The translations under genes were made by a program, and so were the position numbers. The notes beneath the pieces are model-generated. The model had not been told where the DNA came from and searched no databases. It saw nothing but the letters and a program-made list of their open reading frames with translations. Below are positions 51,201 through 61,700 of a DNA stretch of 64,000 nt, piece after piece (position 1 is the first letter of the stretch; every line of letters starts with the position of its first letter). The stretch is from Stylophora pistillata (taxonomy: Eukaryota): NCBI RefSeq assembly GCF_002571385.2, contig NW_019217917.1, positions 133,906 to 197,905 of the forward strand. The letters are read 5' to 3'.

Positions 51201-54200
51201 CAAACTATTCCTTTTTGTTTCTTTAGCTGATACTTTTATTTCATCATTTTCAAAACTTTTGAAATCCCCATCTCGGGACTTTCGAGACACGGGCTCCTGA
51301 TCACCAAAGCAGGCTAGCTATAGCTATTGAAGTTAAGGACTTCAAATGAACTTGTGTTTTTCCAGTTGAAAGCATCTTGTCAGAGGATGACGAAGAAACT
51401 GAGTCAGAAGATGAAGATGAATTTGTAACAAAAGAGTTTGTTACGATCAGAGAAGGCGATGTACAAAAATTCTACTGTATCGAAGAAGAGGTTGGCAGGT
51501 ATGTTAAACGCGGGAGGGCTATACACCGAATGCAAATATGGCGGACCACTCGGGCGGACCGGGCCGAGCTGCGCGAAGTCGAGGCTAGTTAGGCCTTGAT
51601 GTGTTTTTTTTTTTTGTTTTTGACAAAGCGTCAGTAGAAACTTTAAACACTGAGCGTAGTGATGGTCATTTTCGCGATGCACATTCATTGCTGTGTCCCT
51701 GAATGTAACCAAAGAGGTGTAAAATCGCCAACGGGAGAGAAATTATCTTTTTTCGAATTTCCAAATCAATCTTTACTGAGGAAGAGATGAATTCACGCAA
51801 TCCGACGAGACGAAGGAAAACACTGGCAGATCACTAGAGACATGAGAGTTTGCTCTTTGCATTTTAGACGAGAAGATCTTAGAAAGTCGCTCGCTGGACG
51901 AACGTATCTTGTGGATGGCTGTGTACCGTCAAGATTTTCTTGGTCTGTCCCATCCCCAAGGAAAAGAAAAGCACCAACTGAAAGGCTGCCTTTGCCGATT
52001 CCCTTGACTTCGAAGAAGCACTTGTTTATATCCGACACTTCTTCTGAAGTCAAAATCGCGTCTTCAGCTGTTGAAAGTTCAAATGAAATTTTTCCCAGTA
52101 CAAGTGGAGGCAACCAAACAAATGAACCCGATATCAGTGTTGAGAGTAACGTGGAAATGGATCAAGGAAAGAAAGTCGAGGATCTTCAGGCTAGACTTTT
52201 GCAATCTGAAAAAGAGCTTGCGATCCTTCGAAAGAAGAACGAGGAACTGGAAAGAAAGATTACCGAAAAGGAACAGCACCAGGAGACAACTCGACTTCGC
52301 GCAAGTCGGCTCGGTCCGGCCGAGTGGTCCGCCATATTTGCATTCGGTGTATTAAAGGTTTATTACTGTTTATTCATTGGACTTGAACTATTTTTTCTGA
52401 AATCCTCATGCGTTTACTTTCCCGATCTATGGCCCATCCTGCTTTTTTCCAGGTTATTTGAACCCTTTTCAGGTCTTTAATATCCTTTTAAAGCTTTGTA
52501 ACCACTTCCCCCCGAATCAAATCCTGGAACTTTTACCCTTATCGCTTTGCAAAAAATTGTTATAGTCAGCCACACGACTGTTATTCACCGCCTCGTTAGC
52601 TTGTTAGAACGGGTGATCCTTGAATATTGCAGGCAAAACAAAAAAGAAAAACCCGATTTTCCAAATTTCATTTTACGCTCTGGTGCAATTGGCGAGTTAA
52701 AGCTAGTCCGTCTTTTCTGCTTTTTCTGAATTTTTTCTTCACTGACAGGACTTACTTCACCTCCGCAATCTCATTAACATAGAATAAATCTCTTCATAAT
52801 TACCCAGGGGTCGTTTTGGCATTGTTAAGAAGTGTGTCGAGCTTGACACTGCAACGAGGTTCTGTGCGAAGCTTATCAAATCGCGACCCACACAGAAGTA
52901 GGAGTTTAAGCGTGAGATTGACGTCATGAACGCTCTTCACCATCCTCGGATCATTCGACTCTACGATGCTTTTGAAGAGCCCAGGCAGATTATCCTTATA
53001 CTGGAATAGTAAGTTACCTTTTAAGAATCTTTTGCCATTGATCTTTAATTTGGCTTGCTGCTTTAATGAAGAAATAGATACTCAAGACATGAAATCTACC
53101 CTTGCCGAGCATGCCCGGTCAGGTTTATGCATATTTCATAAGTCCGAGTAGATTTGGTGGTGATGGATGACCTGCATCTTAAAAGAGAACTTTACTTTGC
53201 CGAGGGAATGGTCTGCCCAAAAGCGCGAATGTGCCTCTTTCAATCTTGATTCCTTCAATTTTCTTTCATCGATGGTTTGTCAAATTGATGCGTTGAGTGT
53301 ATCGGTCTATATTCACCCATAACTGTGGTTGAAGACCGGCACTGAAACCTCTCCATCTCCAGCGAACAAGATAGTTCGCTCGTTAACGTTCGTATGGCAC
53401 GATAGTCTAAAGTATCATTCCACAACATCCATCAAAGTGACTAGACCGTTCCAGCAGGGCGCGAAATAAACGTAAAACACTTTTTACAAATTCCTTGTTC
53501 TTTAATTCTTTAAAGAGTGATGCCCATTTGCTCTGTCTTTTACTCAGATATTTTACGAATTTTCCGGTCGCCTCCGAGAGCTTTTAAACTCTCAAGAAAA
53601 TGTGGATAACGTTGGACCACTTCTACTCAGATAATGATTTGTCTTTTTTCAGTTGCAGAGGTGGTGATTTATTCAATCGTATTGATGACGATTCCCTTCC
53701 CGAGTTCGAAGCCGTAAAAATCCTCAAACAGGTTTTGGAGGCTGTCAAGTACATGCACGGCCTCGGTTTCATGCATTTAGACTTGAAGGTTGGCATTTCA
53801 TTGTCTTTTTATCCTCCAATAAGATTTTTTCTTAAACAGCATCCCTGCTCGATTCGGAAGTCGAGTGCTCAACCAACAGCAAAACTGAGAAATCATCTTG
53901 GATCTAAGTCCCACTCTAACAAATGTCAACAACCATCTCATCGTATCCGAGCTTTATGCTATTTCACTACCAACTCTTCTATTCCAAAACTCGTCCAAGA
54001 AGCATTGCCACGGTTCTGCTTTCATTAGACCTAAATCTTTTTCCCCTTATTTTTGTCTCATTGCAGCCACAGAACGTGATGTTTAAAAGTGAAGGCGGTT
54101 CAAAAATAAAGTTGATCGATTTCAGTCTAACAAAGAAGTTTGATCCTGACCAAGAAACAAAAATATCATTCGGGACTGCTGAATACGTTGGTAATTTGAC

Positions 54201-57200
54201 TTCTAACGATTAACAAAGTCACCTCAGTTTTATAGTCTGTTTGTCTTCTTTCTTTCTTTTGTAAAACGTTCACTTTGTGTAGATGGGCCAGGGCTGGCGG
54301 GTTTTTTCCTGTCTGTTTAGTATTTATTAAGCTCTTTCCTAGTCCCCTGTTAGTAGGAACGTTGAAGAGCTCACCTTTTTATATAAAGAAGTTGCCCAAG
54401 CAAGGAAACTCGAAACTCGAAACAAGGTTGGTCTCAAAATATATCTCAGACATCGTGCCATTCTTTCCACACAGCTCCAGAAATCGTCAACTACGAGCCT
54501 GTGACCTTAGCTGCAGACATGTGGTAAGGCTTTTAGTGATAATAGTGTCAATACTAACTCATATGCGATGCGATGCGATGCGATGCGATGCGATGCGATG
54601 CGATGCGATGCGATGAGTTTAACCTTTAATTTTTTTTTTTTCAGGGCGATTGGTGTAATTGCTTATATCATGTGAGTATATGCGGTATTGGATGGGAAAA
54701 TATTATCACCAGTTGTTGAAAGCTTTAGATTGAGACCTTCAAACAGGTTTTTTTTCGGCCGGGACTTGAGTGTGTTTCTTAAATGAAAGAGTTCCAAAAG
54801 ACGACTTACAGTACACAGCTATGCTTAAAAATTTGAATTGCTTGAAGCGCTTGCTTTTACCAATCTATTCAATTGGTTAAGCGCCGGACTGTTGTGCGGG
54901 AGGTCGAGGGTTCGAGCCCCGGCCGGACCAACACTCAGGGTCTTAAAATAATTGAGAAGAATATGCTACCTTTCTATAACATCGATCAAGAAATGGTTAG
55001 ATATTCTAGTGGAGGTCCCGTCTCCTGCATCTATTAATTAGTTAATTTGGTTAAAGAACCCACTTCCCGAGATTACTGTGATGTGGTCTGGCTTGGTTAC
55101 AGGGAATTGGGGGAAGGGGGCATCTGTTATATTCACCTTTATTTGATTGTAAACTGCTTAGCAGTCTGGTAAAGCCCCCCGTACAGTGTTGTAAAGCGCC
55201 ATGAGTTCAAGATATGAGCGCTATATATATACAAGTTATTATTATATTATTATTATTATTATCATTATTATTATTATTACTAAATCAATCACTTTATAAT
55301 AAAAACTTTATTTCGATGGTTACGCGACGCTACAGAATGAGGTGTAACAGTAAATTTCCACTGTAGGTTGAGTGGCGAGTCTCCATTTCTTTGTGAGAGC
55401 GAGGCAGACACTTTCTCTCGCATTACAGATGCACGCTGGGAATTTACAGACGTGTTTGATTACGTCAGCAAGGAGGCTAAGGACTTCATAAAGAGACTGC
55501 TTCTAAAAGATCCAAGGTATCTGTTGATGTTTGATTACATTTTATGAAATTGTAACGTGACTTACCGTCACGCGACCGACATGGAACTATCTTCGCCGAC
55601 TGTAGAAGTGTCTACATATGAGCCTGCGTTCCTACGCTTTGATGAATCAATCCTTTAACTTTTCCCTTAGTGGATTGATTGTTTGGTTGTTTGCTCCCAT
55701 AACGTTTTTGTATTGTTTTGTTTTGTTTTTTTAAGTCCATGTTTTGAAAAAAATGTAAACTTCACTTTTCGCTCCATCAATGAATTAGCGAGTGATTTGA
55801 ATCTATTATCTTTCGATTGTTTTTCGAAAGCGCTTTGTTCCTGCCACTTCTTTTGTTTATTTCGTGGTGTTTGTTTTTAATCAAAACTTTTGATATTTTC
55901 TATTTTGGTAATGCACGCTTCTTACAGTATGAACTTCATCGTTATAAACTGTTTTCAAGCTCTGTCAATACCCTTTTTGTAGAAAACGAATGACAGTAGA
56001 TGAGTGCCTGGGGCATGAGTGGATCAAGGTAAATAAATTTTGATATCAACCGTGGTTAACAGAGATGTGATGTGATGTTTAATAGGCCATTTCCGAAGTA
56101 CCTTTAGCCTCTTTTTCAAAACGAGACTCAACCATTCGTGCGAAAATTAGTTTAGCTTTCCTTTGAAAGAAAACTTATAATTTTATGAAAGGATGAGCAC
56201 CGGGACTCGCTTTGAAAAAGAGGCAAATTTCGGAAATAGGCTATTAGTCACGGCTGGCACAGAGCTGCAGTAACTTATTTAGACGAACTTTCTTTAATAG
56301 GTTTAGTTCGTAATATTGCAATGCATTTAACTGTCTCTATGATGACTTTAGTCACCAGGGTTTACTGGAAAACGGAAAAGCAAAATCTCCTCAGAGGTAA
56401 GTCGGTAAACAAAAATAATTTGAAGTTAATTTCGCTTTCTCTCATGTTGTTGCTTGTTTTGTTGCTGGTATTGTTTCTCCTTGAGGTTAACCTAAAGTAT
56501 TTTATTAAAACCTAAAGTCAATTCCTTAATGTAAATGTTTATTCGGTTGTTCTTTTCTTTGTTCCTTCACTACTACGCCTATTTGTCTTTCAGTCTGTTA
56601 TTCCATTCTTCCCTTCTATTATGTTCGTCCGTTCGAACGAACCTTTACTTTTGAATTTTATTTTCCATTTTCCCTATTTTTCTCAATCAACGACTTATTA
56701 ATTGCAGGGTGAGTTGACTATCGACCAAAACTCAAACATCACATCCCCAACAGAACTTATGAGACAAGGTAATTATCGTTATTGGATTCAGTAGCGTGTA
56801 GATTGGTTGACAGTGTATGACGTTGGGTTATGATCTATGATTATGACTCTTATAAAGAGTAGTGTCTCACGACTAAAATATGTTTTCTATTTCGATGTCT
56901 GTAATTTGTTAAAACCTCTTAGTAGGTGGTAATCAACTATTCTGATTTTTTTAGAGGCCAAAAATATTCGAACCATTGGCCATAATCCATGGTCAAATTT
57001 AAAGATCTTTTCAATCCATGTTCCAAGCTAATGCCATGCTTCCATTGGTAAAGTTTTAAAAATTTCCTCCACGCATGTTATACGAAAGTCTCTTCGTCTC
57101 TACAGAGAGCGGAAAGTCTGAACAAGAGTTACCATTGGATCCAAGGAAATTAGAGTCTAAAGTTAAGTCACTACTATCAAAGTTACAAAACGCCGAAAAG

Positions 57201-58713
57201 GAAAACCAAGAACTGGAGGAAAAACTCCGTGACGAGGAAGACCGCGCCGATGTCCTGGAAGACGAGCTTCACACAAGTGAGAATTCTAGAAAGGTTCTGG
57301 AAGACAGAGTGTCAAAATTGGAAGCTGAAAAGACAGATCTTTCAAAGAAAGCCAAAGCTAACAGTGATGTTTTAAAGAGGGTGGCAGAGTCAGAAGGAGA
57401 TAAGAGAGCCCTGGAAGACAAACTATCTGAGCAAACAAGATATTTAGAAACCTTATCACGGAAATACGACACTCTTAAGGAAAAGATTGAAAATTATGAT
57501 ATTTTAGAGGAAAAGGCTTACCTTTTGGAGAGAGAAAGAAAAGACCTCAGAGATGCTAAACAGTCACTAGAAGACAAAATTGGACACCTTCAAGCGGAAA
57601 AGGAGGAATTAACAAAAATGAACGAGAAAAATTCGTTGATCAATAGAGACCTTGACAATGAAATCGCAAAGCTTAAAACGGACAGAGACGAGATTGAAAA
57701 TCAATACGTTAAACTGCGAACCGAGAAGGAGTCTTTGGTTGAGGAACTCACGAAGCGATTCAATATTTTAGATGAACAGAAAAGGTCTCTTGGACAAGAG
57801 AAGAGTAACCTAGAGACGAAACTGGGCGCATTTGAAAGTGAAAACAAGAATTTGAAGCTCAAACTGGACGGCTTAACAAAAGAAATGGAATCACTAAAAG
57901 AGATTTCCAAGAACAATGAGCAGGACAAAGAAAAAGATGAACTGGAAAAAGAATTGACTAAAGTTAAAATGCATAACGACGAAGCGAAGAAAACTTGTGA
58001 AGAATTGGCTTCGAAACTGAACAAAGCGTATGCGGAATTGGAACAGTTAAAGCCCGCAAAGATGGATAGTGCATCAGGTAGGTAGTATTTACTTTGACGA
58101 AGTCAGTTTATCAGTAAGGATTTATAAGGCTGGCACAACTTAAAAATACGAAGCTTACGCACACGTCCCAGAAGTTAGCCAACTAGTTGTCTCTGTACAA
58201 AGTGACGCCAGGTAATTGAGCTCGGAGTAATCGAGAACCAATGCAATGAGTTGCAGGTTGGAGCTTGGCAAATGAAAAGGGTCATGCATATTGCTCGGAT
58301 CAGCAATTTCATACCTGTCGTGCGTGTCACCTTTCAGAATATAGGGGAATCCTTGTTTACAATATTTGCCTCATTAGCATAAGCAATTCAGTTTCTGATG
58401 GAGCTAAAAATAAATCAGTTCTGAATATCGAAAGGTCAAAGTACGATTAACTCGGCCAATGAATACGAGCCTGATGCATTGAATACTTTTTGTGCAACAC
58501 GGGTTTAAAAACTAAAAATTTTACATAGAATGTATCAGCTCATTAGCGCTTTTGCCACCCAGAAATTTTGCAGTTTTTGATGGACTATTTCTCCTTGAAT
58601 ATTACACCCAAAGAGCTAAAAATTTCACCATGTACTAAGGTTTTCTAGCTCTTTAGCTGCCTGAAGTCAATTTGTATCTGACATGCTTCCTTCTTTACGC
58701 AAAGCCGTATGCA

Positions 58714-58745
<32 letters not shown>

Positions 58746-61700
58746 TGAATCCGCCAATAGGGAGGAGCGAGCGAGCGGCAGAGGAGAAGGAAGCCAACAA
58801 CTTAAAATGGCCAAGTATAAATTCTCTGATAGTTGTTGATCTATCAAAACACGAATAACATGTTTAAATTGAGGGAGGTACATACAACAATTAACTTTTG
58901 TTGTTATCGATACTGAGAAAGTTTAAAATTTTTCGTGGCATTCGCTATCAATGCGTACAACTCCTTGTTATGTTGTACTTTAATACCAGTTCGTAGTTTT
59001 TACGAACCTTTAGGACTCCTAACCTACTGTTTTATGTTTGTTTGTTCGATTTTTGTTTGTTTTTGTTTCATTTGTCTTTCTTTTCCGTAGAGAATCACCA
59101 AGAAGAGATTTCAGCGTTGACGGAAAAGTTATCTTATTTAGAGGAAGAAAGGGATAACCTGGAAGATGATCTCGACGAGAGAGAGGCTGAAATTGTCGAA
59201 CTGAAAGAGAAAATAGAACTTCTTGAGGCAGAGAACAAGGACAGAAGCAAAGACATAATAAATTACAAGTCACAGTTAGAAGCAGCCAATGAGGAAATTA
59301 AGTCCTGGAGGATGAGAAAGGACGGCACTAGCTCGGCAGCGCCTAAAGGGGACGAAGAAAGCCTGAATGAGAAAATGAAGGATTACGAATCTATGATGAG
59401 TAAGCTGATGAAAGAAATTTCTGCTTTACAAGAGAAACTTTCTGCAGCAGACCAACTTAACAAAAAGTTGGAGGAAAAGGTGAAATCCAGTGTACAGGTA
59501 TGGATCAAGTATTCTGTTTTAAGCCTTTTGCAATATTACAAGATAGAAACAACAACAGAAGTGTAAATATTTATGTATAGAATGATACCATCGCATTACT
59601 TAATTGTTTTTTGAGTCATAGTGGCTGAACTGATTACATTATGAAAATATTCCTGTGGTGTTCAGTCTTCTTGTGGCCAAAAGGATGTTATAACATAACC
59701 AAAGTAAAGCGCGCGCTCTGATTGGCCAATTTAGCGTCCCCCATTTGCCCATGGGTGTACGCTGCTGACGTGAGCAAATGGAAAGACTATTTTTCCGCAC
59801 ATCAGTCCAGCGCTCTATCCATTGAGCTAACTGGGAGTAACATCTATGACTTTTTTGAGATTGTATAGTAATTCAGCAAATGAGCTTTAAGACTCTCTGA
59901 CACAAATTTTTGAAAACGAATTATCTCAAATTTCAAATTAGACGAAAGGTCATCTCACAGGTTTTACTAGCCAATGTGGATTGCAAACGTCAGTTTTAAG
60001 ATGAACTTATTTTATTATTTAGAAGGGAAATGTATGGTTGACGACGTGTTTTCCTTATTGACAGTAACTTACTATTTCAAGTTTGATAATCCATTGTACC
60101 ATCTAAACAAACGAGCTAAAAGCTTAAATTAACAAAGATATTGCTAGAAAGTAAAATTACTTACGATATACAAAGGAATGTATCAATGTTATGTTATAAA
60201 ACAAATGGTAAACACCACAGCGTACACTATTGAGTTATGGATGCACTTGGGAGGTTTGCTAAGCACTCAAGAAGCTAGTGTCGCTCTCGGCTATCGCCTC
60301 GATAGTTACGCTTCTTTCGTTACGCTTCTTTCGTGCTTAGCAACCTCCCGCGGGCATCCATAACTCAATAGTGTACGCTGTAGTGTTTACCATTTGTTAA
60401 TTATAAATGAAAAAAAAAAGGCTTAAATACCTCTACATACGTAAAAAAAAATGTGTTTCCCGTCGAAAATACCAAAACGTCACAGTTTATCGAAATATAA
60501 GATATCTAACAGGGGGAGGGAAGGTACACAGGTTAAACTTACACTGACTATAGAAGAAGCCTCAAAGGTGCAAAGAGAAATCAACGATAGATTGTTATAA
60601 TTGATGTTGATTACAAACTGCTTTATCTTAACAACATCAAGTCTATACTGGTTTCTGCTTTAATCATATTCATATTTCAGGCTAGTCTACCCGATCCTAA
60701 CATGGTAAGCGAAATCATAGGAAGAAGTGAAAATACACTAGAATATTCGTCTATGGATTTCGATTACCTTGATGGTCTTAGTGGAGACAGAAATGATCGA
60801 AATGAAGAAATCTCGGTTAAAGGAAGAATCAACGACGATTTGAACAAAGAGGGAGAGAGTGAGAGGTTCGTCATGTTGAAGAGAGAGTTCGAGAAAGTAA
60901 GGAGGATGTCTGAGGATGCTGAGACAAGGTTAGCAGAAGAAATACAGAAGAATCAGACTTTGGAAGATGAGTTAGAAGATTTTGAAATTAAGGAAGAGAA
61001 TGGTCTGAGAATGTACAGAGAGCTAGAGGAGGAATGCAATAGACTGAGGGCACAGCTGACTGACAGTGAATCATGGCAGAAGCAAGTTGAGATTCGACTG
61101 CGAGAAAATCTAAAACGTAACGAGGAAAAAACTGAAGCTCTGAGCAAGCAAGTCGATTCGTTGAAAAAACAACTCCATGTGATCAAAGAAGAAAGAGACA
61201 AAGGCGACAAACTTTATACGAATCTTTCTGAGAAGTACAGAAATTTATTAAAAGAGAAAAAGATCTTGGAACGGGAGAAAAATGAACGCGATGAAAGCGA
61301 AACGAAATCACGAGAACTTGAGGACTCACTGCAAACGCGAATTCTTGAACTAACGAACATGAAAGATGAAATTGAGTCCATGCGCGACAACCTTCGCTCA
61401 CTGGTACGAGAAAAGGATGAGGGTATGAAGGAATTCTCACTGCTTCAAAAAGACCTTGTGAAGGCAACAAATGACCGCCAACAACTCGAAGAACAAGTTA
61501 AGGATGAAATATTCCGCGCTGAAAAGTTGGAAAGAGACCGTTTTATACTACAAGGCAAAATTGAAGAGATGCAGAAGAATTTGAATAAACGAGATCTGGT
61601 CGACGCGGCTAATAAAAAGGCGATAGACGCTTATGTCGATGAAATTAGACTTCTTAAGGACGAAAAGGGGGAGGCTTTTAAAGAGGTCGATAAGCTGAGA

